Source of the DNA: Salpingoeca rosetta
Taxonomy: Eukaryota; Protista; Choanoflagellata
Assembly (NCBI GenBank): GCA_033442325.1
Contig: JAWQFM010000027.1
Coordinates: forward strand, 999,251 to 1,063,250
Direction of reading: 5' to 3'
Length of the DNA stretch: 64,000 nt
Numbering within the stretch: the stretch's first letter is position 1; each line of letters opens with the position of its first letter. The notes beneath the pieces are model-generated. The model saw nothing but the letters and a program-made list of their open reading frames with translations. It had not been told where the DNA came from and made no database searches. This document shows positions 50,540-64,000 of this stretch, piece by piece. A program made the translations under genes and the position numbers.

Positions 50540-53500
50540 ATGCCCACTGTTCCTTTCTCGACTTCTGCTTCTTGTTCTTCTTTTTCTTGGGCACTATTCG
50601 TTCGCTCCATGCGTCAGGCAACCAAGTATGTGAACGTGGGACGCGGTGTCCTGTTTGTGGTGACAGTGCTGTCGGTTGTTGCTGTTGCTGTCTTGTTGTG
50701 GGTGTGGATGTGGACTCCCTTCTTTCCTTCTTCTTGTGGCACAAGGATGTGTGCAGGGGGCTGTGGGTCTGCTGAAAGTGGTGGTTTCGTCGTCGTCAGG
50801 CCGTCGTTGTTGTGCTTGGCTGACGTGAGCATGTGCTGTTCTCTTGTGATTGGACAAGGCAGTGGCCTGCAGAAACCTAACGACGCTCTTGAGAGTGCAC
50901 TGGCAACACGTGCCGCTGACACACGCACACCACAAGGCAAGCGACAAGCAGTGTCACTCACGGCCACCTGCGAGGTGGGTGCAATCACACCTCCGCTCAT
51001 GTGTATGTTGTGCATGTGTGTGTGTGTGTATCAGTGCACGGTGGTGATCCGATATCCAAACCACAACCACTGCTGTCACTGCTGCTGCCTTGCTGCTGCT
51101 GGTGCTGCTGCTGTTGGCACGTGTATTCTCACGGTTGCATCGTCTCTTCCTCCCACGCAAACAACAAACAGACAGGAATCGGCAAGTGAGAGTGGCGGAG
51201 ACCAAGGCACCAGCAACACAGAAGGCCGCGTTTGAGTGGGACGCACCTCCACAGCGGTACCGGGCGAGCAATCACAGCATTTGCGCTGACATCGGTCAGT
51301 CTTCTCTCGTGATTACAGTCACACGTCATTCATCCCCCAGTTTGCCATCAAGTCAGTTTACATGGCATGCACGCTGTAGGTGCTCATCACCTGCCCCATG
51401 CACACGTGGTTTTCACACACACACACACCCCACAACAGCCCGCTTGCGCGGCATCATCTCGCTGGACATGAGTGTTGGGGATGATGATGGAATGCCCCCG
51501 TCTCATCATGTCTCATCATGACAGTGAGCGACGTGTGTGTGTGTGTGTGTTTCTCGTTTCGCTCGGCAACCGTGTGATGACGGCTTATCACTCTTGCGCA
51601 CGTTCCCTCGCTCACTGCAACACCCATCTCGCTACTGTTAACGACCAGGTTGCCATCCACTGGATGCCCTTGGTTGCGTCGATGGGGCAGAGTGTTGGTG
51701 ACATTGGCAAGATGCTGCTCGTGGCGGGACAGAGCGAATGCTTTCAAAAGTATGCGCACACTGTATGTGTAAGCGTGTGTGAATATGTGTCGTCGACGTG
51801 GTCATTCTGCCATGCGTCTGCTGTGGGTTCTTTGCTTGCAATCGTTTGATCTTGTGCTACGATGTGTTGTCCTGATCTCTGTTCCTCGTGTGTGTTTGGG
51901 CCACAGGGTACGCCTTCAGCTGAAGAGAGGAAGGGGAGGCGCTGCTCCGGCACAAGGATGATGGTGACATGAGGTGCGACCACCGAATTGTGTTTTTGTT
52001 ACGGGTGCATTGCCGCCGCCGCCGCTGCTGCTGCTGCTGCTGCTGGTGGTGGAGGTGTGCACACTGAANNNNNNNNNNNNNNNNNNNNNNNNNNNNNNNN
52101 NNNNNNNNNNNNNNNNNNNNNNNNNNNNNNNNNNNNNNNNNNNNNNNNNNNNNNNNNNNNNNNNNNNNNNNNNNNNNNNNNNNNNNNNNNNNNNNNNNNN
52201 NNNNNNNNNNNNNNNNNNNNNNNNGTGTGTGTATGTGTGTGTGTACCCGTATGTGTGTGTGTGTGCGTGTGTGTGCAGCAGTTCGTTGCAGATATCTCCC
52301 AACACTCCCCCCATCCCCTTTCATCCGCGCGTCTCACCACACAACAAACGCAGCCATCGTCTCCACCACAACCACCACTGTTACCAGAACGCACTGCCCC
52401 GAGATGCCGCTGCACTATCGCACTGCCAATGACGGCCCTGATGTCAGCGATCACCGCACGGCATATCCGTCGATCCTCTTCGCACGTGCCCATCGTTCAA
52501 GGTGAAGACCTGCCAACACAGCAACAGCAACAGCAACGGCGTGGAATGGCGTGCAACCGAAGCATGATGACCTCACACTCTCTGCCTGCTTGTGTGTTAT
52601 GATTGCGTGTTCATGCGTGCGTGCATCTATGGCAGGTGTACGTGTATCCTCTGACTGCTGATGAAGAAGCCACCTCTGCCAGCCATCTACCGCGCCATCC
52701 GAACCGCCATCCGTGACGGCCCATACAGCACCGATGACCTGTCCAAGGCTTGCCTCTTCGTTCCAAGCACAGACGTACCGTGCTGGTGTGTGTGTGTGTG
52801 TGTGTTTGTGTTTGTGTTGTGTGTGTGTGTGTGTCGCGTCGGTGCAGATGCACGGGCTTCCACAGCCGTCACCATCACCACCACCACCTCATAATTGTGT
52901 GTGCGTGCTTGTGACTGAAAGATTGCATGCACGACAAGTACTCTGACAACATTGAGTCGATTCATCCCGTGAGCGCAGCCATCGAGCGCAATCTCTCCAG
53001 CTGAGGTGGTGGTTTGTTGTTGCTTGTAGTGCTGGTGGTGCTGGTGGTGCTTGTGGTTCTTGGTGTCGTGCGTGTGAGAGGACCTGTGTTCATGGCTGCC
53101 TTCCAAACACACACACACACACACACACACACAACAATACATGTGATGCATGGCAGACTTGCGTATTGGAATGAGGGCCGCAACCACATCCTGTTTGAGT
53201 ACAGCGACGCACCATGTCTCCCCTGGGATGCAGAACACGGCATTCTTGCAAAGGTACAATGTGTATGTGTGTGTTGGAACATGACTGTGCGTGCCTGCGC
53301 TCACCATCTACGACTGCTGTTGCTTGCCGCCTTGTTTCGCATCACCACCTGCATCAGGTTGGCCTGAGCGAATTCCACCATCGCAATGGCCTCGGTGTGT
53401 CCATGCCACTCTGCTCCCTGGACGGCATTCATTCACACCGGAGTAACGACGCGTTCCGCCCGCACAAACAGGAAATACCTCGTCATCTTCAGGTCTGTGC

Positions 53501-54101
53501 ATGTGTGCATGCGTGCGTGTTGTGACGTGGTGTGATGTGGGGTTCAATGTTCACTGCTGCTGCTGCTGGGTTTTGAGAGGTTGGTGTCGCTTAATGCACC
53601 ACCACTCGCCCTTCTTGTGCCACTGCGATCTCACTCCAAACCTGTCGGGGTGCCGCTGCTTGACATGTGTCTTCTTTCCCTGTTGTGCAGGGGCACCACC
53701 AAATCTGCTCGCTCTCATGTCATGCGCAACCACCTCCCCAAGCTGCACAACGGTAGGTGTGGTGTGCTACGCGTGTGATGTGTTGTGTGTTATCGTGTGT
53801 TCCGTGTGTGTGTCGTGCGTTGCCTTGGCATCAACAGATTTTGGTGCTGCGTGTGTGTCTGTCTGAATCCACCTCACACACACACACACACATCGCCTGT
53901 GTTTGTGCGTTTGCAGGGACATTGTGTTGGTGTGCGCGTGCCAGTGGTTTGGCGAGGAGCGCATGGGCCGTGAGGGGGAAGATGGGATATGACCCCTCGT
54001 GCACGCAGGCAGAGGAAGAGTTCAACAAGTACGCGTGCACGGATCTCGAGCTGAAGACCAAGTTTGGGCTCATCGGGGAAGGATTTGGCGACCACTCCTT
54101 C

Positions 54102-54188
<87 letters not shown>

Positions 54189-54334
54189 GCAGATGATTTC
54201 GGTCCTGTTCGTGCTCTCACCCGCCTTCCATCTCCTGTCACCCCCCTTCATTCCTCATAGATCATGGCTGCGGGTGCCATCCCGTCATTGTCGTCGACCA
54301 CTACGTGCTGGTGCGTATGGATGAATGGCACATG

Positions 54335-54367
<33 letters not shown>

Positions 54368-54405
54368 CGCGTGTGTGTGTGTGTGTGTGTGCGTGTGTGT
54401 GCGTG

Positions 54406-54468
<63 letters not shown>

Positions 54469-54964
54469 GTGTGTGCGTGTGTGTGCGTGTGTGTGTGTGT
54501 GTGTGTGGAAATGTACCCCTCCCGTCGCTCATGGCGCTGCGATGTGATGTTGTGGCGTTTGCTTTTTGCATTCTTGCAGCCCTACCAGGACCTGCTGGAC
54601 TGGGAGACGTTCAGCATTCGCATTCCCCGAGCACAGGCTCCTTGAGGTGTGGTGACAGATCGTTGATATGGGCATGTGAAGTGATGCGTGAGCGGGTGAT
54701 GTAGTTTGATGGGGATTGTGGTTGTGATGGCTTGCATGGCACGTCGCTTACACACTCACGCACGATCACACACACACACACACACACATACAACTGCGGT
54801 TAGCTTCCGAAGATCCTGGGGGCCGATCCCCTGAAGGAGGGGGGGGAAAATAAAGGTGATGTAGTTTGATGGGGATTGTGGTTGTGATGGCTTGCATGGC
54901 ACGTCGCTTACACACTCACGCACGATCACACACACACACACACACACATACAACTGCGGTTAGC

Positions 54965-55013
<49 letters not shown>

Positions 55014-55340
55014 CTCTGCGTTCAGCTTCCGAGGATCCTGCGGTCGATCCCTGATGAGGTGGTGGAGATGATGCCGAAACGCGTTGTGTTGTGTTTGAGA
55101 AGTTCTTCAAGTCCCTCTCCACCCAAGTGCACACAGGTGAGGGAGCGAGTCATTGGCACAGGGAGTTGTGGAGTGTGGCAACGTGTGCGGTGCAGTGTGT
55201 GCGTTGTTCGCTTGTTCTCGTGTCCATTTAACCAACTCTCACCATCTGCCACTCGTGTGTCTTGTCTGTGTTGTTTGCTACTGTCAGCGCTGGAGTCTGC
55301 CAGGATCAACCTTTTCAGCGGCGACAACGCGTGGCAGGTG
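50540..55340 (+). pseudogene. Exostosin (GT47)-like glycosyltransferase, multiply frameshifted
   Basis: Signal anchor at about 50640-50700. Segments: CPSFK|VYVYP; YRAIRTAIRDGPYSTDDLSKACLFVPSTD; YWNEGRNHILF; GILAK; GVSMPL; RKYLVIFRG; LPKLHNG; TKFGLIGEGFGDHSFR; MAAGAIP; PYQDLLDWETFSIRIP; LPRILRSIP. Frameshifts at about 52680, 53960, 54282, 54625 and 55090. Confidence 0.75.
54695..54966. repeat. About 110-bp direct duplication (period 160) of an intron 3' end plus a degraded exon start
   Basis: ggtgatgtagtttgatggggattgtgg...caactgcggttagctt starts at both 54695 and 54855. Confidence 0.9.
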
Positions 55341-57290
55341 TGTGTGTGTGTGTATGTGTGTGTGTGTGTGTATGTGTGTGTGTGTGTGTGCGTGTGTGTC
55401 GACGTGCGTGTTCTCTTCTCCACCCATCCACACGCCGTCATCACCACCTCCTCATTTTCTCATGTGTGTTTGCTGACATCCTTCCCTTCCCATCCTCAAC
55501 ACCGGCACCAATACCACCCTCCACGCTTGCTTCTCCTTCCTTCTGCTGTCGCCACACATAGGGCCCTTGAGCCAGCAGATGTCACCCCTCCTGCACCAAC
55601 CACCACTGCTCTGATGGGATGAACAGACGAGCGCTGCCATGCGATGACCATCCAGCCACGCTTGTGCGGCTGTGGAAGCAGCAACACCAACACACACAAA
55701 CAAGCAAGCGATGAGCAACGTGAGTGCATCTCTGCACATGCATGCGTGTGTGTGATGAGCACAGCACCAGTGCGCGTGTCTGTGATCGCTGTCTTTGTTG
55801 CTCCTGTCTCTCCCCCTTGTTATCCCACATCAACGTGTACATGTGTGTGTGGTGGCTGCCTGTTTTGCCTTGCTTGATGCGCTGTCTCATTCGTCGTTCT
55901 CACACACAACTGCCTGCACACCTGCACATTCTCCAACTTGCAGTCACTGCTCGTCTTTCCCGCTCTTTCTCGCCCTCCCTGACGGCCATCACAACAACAA
56001 CAACAGCAGCAGCAGCCAACACACCCTCCACCGCCGATGCTGCAGAGATGTGCAGGAGGAGGTGGACGCGACCACCACCATCACTTGCTGCTGAACACAT
56101 TCCCCAACCAACAAACCTATCGCCCGCTGCTGCTGCTGGCGGAAGCTGGCTGTTTGCAGCTGGGAACAGGTGGCGACAGCACAAGTTGCATTTTCGGCAG
56201 CAGCAGGTGAGGGCGAGAAGCAAAGAGGGAAAACGGAGAGGAGATGTGTGTTGGCTGGATGGATGGATGGATGGATGAGGTGGGGTGGGGGATGCTGGGT
56301 GAGTGTGGTGTGGCTGGCTGGCTGGTGACAGAGGACAGTGGTGGTGTTGTGAGGAAGAGGAAGGTATGGATGGATGGGAGGGGGTGCAGCATGTCTTGTT
56401 CCTTCCCTTTTGTTTTCTGTTTTCTCCCTCTTCCCTTTCTTCTTCACACACATGCATGCACAACATCAGCAGTGGCAGCAGCAGTGTAGCTGTGCACATA
56501 TTCATGCTCCCTCTTCCCTCCCACTCACTCACCGTGCTGGGGCTCGCACACAACCACGCTCACAGGCGATGCACACGCACAAGCAGCAGGATGAGGGAAA
56601 TGTCGAGGATACTTGCCACGCGTGCCAGGTGCACTCGCCTCACACATGGTATGTGGGTGGTGATGAGTGGTTGTTGGTTGTGTGATGGAGTGTGGGGATG
56701 GGGTTGTGGTGATGGGGTGAAGTGAACAAGAGGAAGAGGGGTTGATGGGGGGGATGATGGACACACACATCGACACACACGCACACACGTGGTGCGTGTG
56801 ATGTCAATCACTCGTTCTGCTGTGCTGACATGATGGCTTGCTCTGTGCCTGTTGTGTTGTGTTCCCATCCACGTTCCCTGCAACCACACACACACACACA
56901 TATGCACAGGTGGTGAGGTAGCAGCACACATCAGGATGTTGATGGAAGCGGGCTCGCATGCCGGCTGCTGCTGTGTTCATGCAGTGTTCCCATATGCGTG
57001 AGCAAGGTGAGTCCATTATGGATGCTTTGGTTGGCACATGGCGCGTGTGTTGTTGTTGTTGCTCTGGGTGTGCTTGTTGTTGCTGCTGCTGTGCCTGGTG
57101 TATCAGCATAGCTGCGCCGCTCACATGTCATGCGTGTTTGTGGCTGCTGGGGCGAATGCGTGAGGATCGTTGGAGGATGATGGGCGGTGCACACATGATG
57201 GGTTGGGAGGAGCAGCTGTGGACACACACGTCCATGGTCATGGTGGGCACATCCAACCACAGCGACGCAATCATGTGCAGGTGCGTGTGC

Positions 57291-57403
<113 letters not shown>

Positions 57404-59022
57404 GTGATGGTGGGGCGAACAGGAGGAAAGCAAAAGAGAGGGGGCAGCAGGAAGGTGAACACGCTTGCTGTGCTCACATGCCATACCCGTGCCTTGTGTG
57501 TGATGGTATCGTTGTGTCTTGTCGTTGTGTGTTGGTTGCATGCGCACCAGGGCCACATCAGAGGAGGGGAAAGCAGCCGCCATGAATGACCCATCATCAT
57601 CATCAACCTTCCCCATTTCTCTCTTCTTCTTCTTCTTCTCTTCCAACTCAGCTCGGCCGCCGTCATCACCATCATCGCCATCATCGCCATCGACTGCACA
57701 GCCGCCATCACACTCCGGCCGACACCAGCCCCAATCTGGCGTGAGGCAAACATTGCACGTGTCAGTCGCTCTGACGAAGAGGTGAGCAATGTGCGTGTGT
57801 GTGTGTGCATGGTGGTGGGATGAGTGGGGACAACATGTGTGCGTGTGGTTGTGTGTCAATGCTTGTGGTTCGATGGGGCTGGCGTGTGGTTGATGATGCT
57901 TCGCTGTCAACCTCACCCCCTGCATTCCCTCCCTTCTTGTGTCTGTGCACACACACAATTCACAGCGTTGAGGAGGCACATGAAGCTGTGGAACCAACGA
58001 CGATGACGATGACGAGTGATGGAGGTGAGACGGGCGACTGAGATGTGTGCGTGTGTGTGTGTGTGTTGGTTGACATGTTGTGCTTCCTTCTTCGCCTCCC
58101 TCTTTCCTTGTCTGTTCTGTCCACTCATGAGTCTCTTCTTCCTCTCTTCCTTTCCCTTTTTCGATTGATTTGGACACAGGCCCATGCATTCCGTCTCCAT
58201 CCAACCGACCGACCAAGCAGCCGAGCGAGCGAGCAAAGGACACGGCGTGGCAAGGGGCCGTTTGTTTTCACCGTTTCCACCAACACCACCAGCAGCAGCA
58301 GCTGATGGCTGGCTGCATTGGATGAGCCGGCCCCCCGTCTCTCGTCCATCTCCATCTTCTCCTCCTCCTCATCATTGGTTACCAACAGCAGCGGCTGCTG
58401 CCGTGGATGTGGAGGTGAGATAAATGGCGGGGGGGGGGTGGTGGTGGTGACGTGGGTGGTGTGTGATGTGTTGGGTGTGAGCATCAGCATGTAAATGTGT
58501 GTGATTGTGAAGTGCTGGTTGGATGTCGTTGGGTCTGTTGGTGCTGGCAATGGGTGTGGCTGTCGTTGACAGCCTGATTCTGAGACAACTCACCTCTTTC
58601 TCCACGCGCGCACACGTACAGGGTGTAATGTGCGTCGATGTGCTGTTGCCTCACATGACGCTGGTGGTGGTGAGTGGTTTGTGGTGGATGTACACGGCGC
58701 ACGCACACGCATGTGCAGATGTGATGCTTGTGGTAGTGGTGGTGGGGGTGTCTGTGTGGGGATGTGACATGTGCATGCACGGGTGGTGATGTGGGTGATG
58801 TGAATGTGGCACAAGGAGGTGGATGTGGTTTGTTTCTGCCATACTGGCTCACTGCGTGGTGTTGTTGTTGCTGATTTGGTTCTTTGTGCTTGCGCATGTG
58901 TACATGTGTGTGATTTGCACAGCACGGTGGCCGTTCTCTTCCCAAGTCCTCATGACACGAGCAGGGCGATACACGCACACACGAATGTGCCAGAAAAGAA
59001 GGCGCAAGGTGAGACGATCGCG

Positions 59023-59088
<66 letters not shown>

Positions 59089-62000
59089 TGATGGCGTGGT
59101 ATGATACATTCGCACGCACATACACACGCACGTACACGCATGTACACATGCATGCCAACACCAGAGCTGACATTGGCTGTGGGGTGGTTGCACTGACGTG
59201 TGTCTCACATGAATCAATCACACAACCCAATGTGTGTGTGTGTGTGTGTGTGCAGGCGGACGTTGTGTGGGTTTCCCCAACCGAATCCCCTTCCTTCTTT
59301 TCCCAACCAATCGCCTCTGCTCTGTGTCATCATCATCATCAGCCTTCCTCATGTGATGTAGAGCTGTTGAGGCGTGATCGAGACTGCGGCCAACACAGGT
59401 ATTGCAGCAGTGGTGGATGTGGTGCATGTGGTGATATTTTGTGCCTGCCTGCTGGCTCGCTTGGTTGCTTGCTTGTTGGGTGCTTGCTTCGTTGGTCTTG
59501 TGTGTAGGTGACGCACCCCGCCCACATCATGCTGCATATTCCCATGCGTGGTCCCTTGTGGCCCTCCTTTCCTGTCCTCACCATCACCGGTCATTGTTGT
59601 TCATCTCTGGTTGGTTTCTTCTTGCCTCACAGGCATTCACGCAGGCAGGCTGCTGCTGCTTGCTGGTGCTGCTGTGATGATGGCCGTGCGCGTGCATGTG
59701 CGCTGTGCACCGTGTTTGGGCTGCACCGATGAAGACAAGGAAGGACACGGCCCGTGCCCACCACCCTTCCCCCCTTCATGTCCTCTTTCAGCTCCATCAG
59801 CGATGACGATGGTGGCCGTGGCATGTGATTGCGCTTCCCTTTTTCTGGCTTTGCTGTGGCACATTGACTGGCTGGCTGGCTGGCTGCATCAAGCACAGGT
59901 GAGGATGATTGTTAGCGGTTGATTGGTTGGTGGGCTGTGTTGTGTGGAGTGGTGGAAACAGGGAAGGGGGAAGTGACACGGTGATGGTGGTGATGGTGGT
60001 GGTGCGATGTGGGAGTGCAGAACCAAAGGAGGGAGGGGAAACGAAGTGATAGGAGGGCGATGATGTTGGTTGGGGGATGGGATGGGGGTGCGTGTGCACA
60101 TGCACGTGAAATCGTGTGGTGGTGGTATCACATGGCAATGAGACACATATCAGCGGCTCATTCCTTTTGCTTGCACCTGTGTGATTGTGATTGTGTGATT
60201 GTGATGAAGACTGCAGCAGGCAACACACGGCGGTGATGCTGGATTGGATTGGCTGGTGTTGACTGGCCATCGTGTCGTGTCACCCATTTTTCTCCCTCCC
60301 CTTGCTCATCTCAACCGGGGACACACACAGCGATGTGTGTGCATGTGTGCGTGTGTGCATGTGTGTGCATCGCCATCAATCACGCCGACAGCGACACGAT
60401 GCACGAGGTGAGGGCACGCAATGGTGTGTGTGTGTGTGTTTGGTGGAAGGGGTTCGGGGGGAACTGGGAGGAAGGCGTTCATCATGGCCATTATCACCAC
60501 CACGGCTGTGTATCTGGTCATGTGACCGTGCATTTGGGGGATGGAGATGAGGGGAGAGATGATGTCGTTGTGGTGGTTGTGGTGGTTGTGGTTGCATTGC
60601 TGTGTATGCGTGTGCGTGGTGCGCTGTCTCACTCTGCAATGCCATGTGTGACTGTGTGTGTGACTGCAGATGTGCGTGCGCGTGTGCGCATTTGCCAGGC
60701 AGATGCGTTGATCGACGACGAGGTGTGTGTGTGTGTGTGATTGTGGTTGACCTTTGTGTGCTTGTGCCCTCACACAACGCACAACACCAAGCACATCATC
60801 ATCATTCCACCTCGTGTGTAGTTATTGTCCACTCATGCATGGCATGCTCACATCCACCCCCTTCCCTTGCTTCTTCTCCTTCTTCCTCTCCTGCTGCTGC
60901 CACCCCTTCCACTGTTTCCCTCCAACCCTCTTTTCACACACGCAGAGAGAGGAACCCATCCACGTCCAACACCCATGCCCACATCCACGCATGACACGCC
61001 ATGGCGAGCTGTGCCACCTCAACCAACTCAACCCAACCCAGGCCAAGCCAAGGAAGAGGGGAAGCAAGGACAGAAGACGTTGGGCTCCCAACAGATGTGT
61101 GTGCGTGTGTGTTGAAGGACGGTGTTCTCCGTTCCCCCTCCATCACCTCGCTTCGTTCTTCCATGGCGATCTGGCTGGGCGGCTGTTGCCCCCCTCCCCT
61201 TGTTTGTTTTCTCTTCCAGCCTTTTGTGGCTGTTGGTTGTCTGTTGTGACTGTGAGAAGGAGGAGGAGGGAGAGGAAGCGAAGAAGAGAGAAGAGGAGAG
61301 AGAGGAGAGGGTGCGCATGCTGTCCACAACTGTGTGTGTGTGTGTTTGGTTGTTTCTTCTTTTCCATCCCCCTTTCCATCTCCCCTTCTCTTCTTCCCTC
61401 CTCAGCCTGCAAGGCCTGTGAACCTGCGTTGCATTCACACACACAGTGCTGTTCCCCCTTCTCCTTCTTCTTGTCTCATTGAAACCAACCAACCAACCAA
61501 CCAACCAAAGCAAGCAAGCAAGTCCGCCCTTCAACAAGCAAACGCAGAAAGCAAAAGCAGTTGCCGCACAAACGCAGCAGCGGTGCGATTATTTGTGGCA
61601 TCTTCCACAAATCGCCCAAACACGAATCAACAATACCAACACACAAACAACAACAAGCGACAATCGAAACGCGAATCAAGGTGCGTGTGCGTGTGTGTGT
61701 TTGAGTGGGAGGTGGTGGGTTGCGTTGTTCGTGTGCGTGGCTGGCGCAGGATTGGTGGAGAGGAGGGAGAGGGTACGCGTTGTGACGGGCACTCACTGGC
61801 GGTCCTGTTGTGGGTGGTCTCGTTTGGTTCCATGGACTGTGTGGGGTGTGGTGGGTGATGGTGTAATGGTGAACAGGTGCAAGCAGAGAACACGCACAAC
61901 AGCGCCCACACCATGGATGTGTGCAGGGCCAAAGGTATGCAAGGCGTTGCCCACGGTCGGTGAGGCTCACATATGTGCTGCACAGGCCCATGGCACGCTG

Positions 62001-62702
62001 GCACCGTGAGTTTGGGTGAGTTCTATCAATTGGTTTGACTGCTGTGTGGGTGCGTGTATGGGTGTGAAGGATGGAGAGGTGGGACGTGGCTGCGGTGGGT
62101 GCTGTGATCTCACACGCACTCCTGCTGCTGTGGATGCATTTGGCTCACACGCACAGAAAGGGAGGATGGGTTGCATCGACCCACACACATGAGTGTGAAA
62201 ACACACACACACACACACACGCTGACAGGCAGTCTGATGCCATCTCACGGTGCGTTGCACTTGCATGTGCGTGACTGTGCGTGACTGTGACTGTGTGTAT
62301 GTCGTTCATGCTGTGTCTGCTTGTGATTCGCACTGTGTGTGTGTGTGGTGACTGCCTGCTTCCCCCTGTCTCACACACATGTGTATGTATGGATGCTGAC
62401 ACACACGCAGACACACACACACAGTGGGTGTGCGTGCAGACACACATCCCCACACAGCCAGGCAAGGCAGGCACCGCATACTCTTCTTTCTCTTTCTTCT
62501 CTCCCTCTCCCTCTCCTGCTGCCACTACCGCTGCTGCATGGATAGACCAGTGGATGCAAGGCGTGTGGATGATGCTGCCTGGCTGATGTCCTTCCGTTGG
62601 TACGTGTGTGTGTGTGTGTGTGTTGCGCCACTGCTGCTGCTCTTGTTTCCCCTGTTTGTGTCTGTTGTGTCTGTTGTGCGTTGCTGCTTCTGTGTGTGTG
62701 TA

Positions 62703-62735
<33 letters not shown>

Positions 62736-64000
62736 TCACCACAACCACGTCGTGTGCGCCCATAACCATCGTCTGTGCTCACGTACCCATCTCTCCCTTG
62801 CTTCTTCTTCTGCTCCCTTCCCTCTTCCCTCTTTGTCATCCCCACACACGCACATGCACACACAACCATGGACGCTTGTGCAGGCTGTTTGTTGGAACAC
62901 AAGGCAAGGCACGCACAACCAAGCAAGGACACACGAGCAAGCATGGACACAGGACAAGCAAGCAAGACGTGGGGCTGCCATAGACCACGCATCTCGTTGG
63001 AGAAGGAGGGGAGCGTGAGCGGGTGGTGTTGATTGTGTTGTGTATGTGTTGTTGTGTCGTGTTGTTGTTGACAGCGTGCAAGTCTCTCTCCTTGTATCCT
63101 TCTGCCTTCCTCCCTCTCTTTCCCTTCTCTCTCTCTCTCTTGTCTCCTACCACAGCATGCACACTGCTGCTGCTGTTGTTGTTGTTGGCTGAAGTGGTGA
63201 TGGCGGCTGATGGGGGGAGTGAAGCCGTGTGGCGCAGCATGGAGCTGTCGCTTGTTGTGTGTTTGGTGTGTTGCTTGCAGTTGATATGGGGATGCTTTCT
63301 CGCTTGTTCTTGCCACGTGTGTCTGTGTGTGTGTGTGTGTTTGCTTGCTGTCGTGTTGCTGATGTGAAGTGGAAACATACAATGCAACACGCATGTGCAA
63401 CGGTGTGTATCGTGTGATACTGGTGCTGGTGGATGGGTGTTGGTGGTTGCAGTGAAGTCAACACGGTGTGTGTTGTTGTGACTTGGATTGGATTGGTGGT
63501 GAGCTGGGCGTGTGGCTGTGGAGTGGGTGTTGCATGCAGGTGAGGACAGCAGCTGCTGTGAACGTGGGAGTGGGGAAAAGGATGAAGCGTGATGATGGCA
63601 GCGACTGGTGGTGGTGGTGTATGTGAACAGGGCTGATGGTGAGGAAGGCGGCAGTGTGGGCTTGATGGGTTTATGATGTGTTGCAACACATGCAGCATGA
63701 AACATGAACAAGGCAGAAGCGGGGAGGGGAAGGGAAAGTCAGGGGAAGGAGTGGCGGCACAAAGTAGTGAACAGGGACAAGGTCAGGCATGCAAGCACAT
63801 GGAAACAACAACAGCAGTGGCAAGAATTGAAACAAGACAGGAGGGGTGGTGGAGCGCAGGTGAAATGGACAAACAAGGCTTGTGGTGACAAGGTTGTAAA
63901 AGAAGGGATGAAGGGAAGCACAAATGCACACAGTGGGTTGGTTGTGGTCCTGTGTTGTGTGAAGTGAAATGAAGTGAAGGATGTGTGATCTTGTGTGGAG

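Overview
This is an intron-rich eukaryotic window. The (CA/TG)n-filled introns, gene content and five N-gaps are consistent with a choanoflagellate such as Salpingoeca rosetta, but that is inferred from sequence style only. Most ORF-track entries are microsatellite noise, so I rebuilt gene models by hand from splice sites. Left to right: strumpellin/WASHC5 (-), an LRR-TM-TKL receptor kinase (+), an intronless type II membrane protein with about 22-aa L-domain/LRR-like repeats (-), an orphan multi-exon gene (+), prohibitin PHB1 (-), a gap-interrupted PARG-like gene (+), a DDX27/Drs1 helicase missing its second RecA domain in this assembly (-), a Gal-3-O-sulfotransferase-family gene (-), a 15-exon ROCO gene (-), frameshifted importin-5-like (-) and exostosin/GT47-like (+) relics, and about 8 kb with no recognisable gene. 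The main result is the ROCO gene (39354-45652, 1250 aa model) with architecture LRR array - Roc GTPase - COR - PARP-like ADP-ribosyltransferase (H-Y-E intact). Its LRRs lie on ten consecutive 84-nt phase-2 exons. Eight of these are near-identical cassettes joined by homologous, mosaic introns, and their variation is concentrated on the ligand-facing LxxLxLxxN residues that straddle each splice junction. This resembles a diversifiable NLR-like sensor with an ADP-ribosylation output, with a candidate eraser (PARG) about 8 kb away. The immune function is inference.
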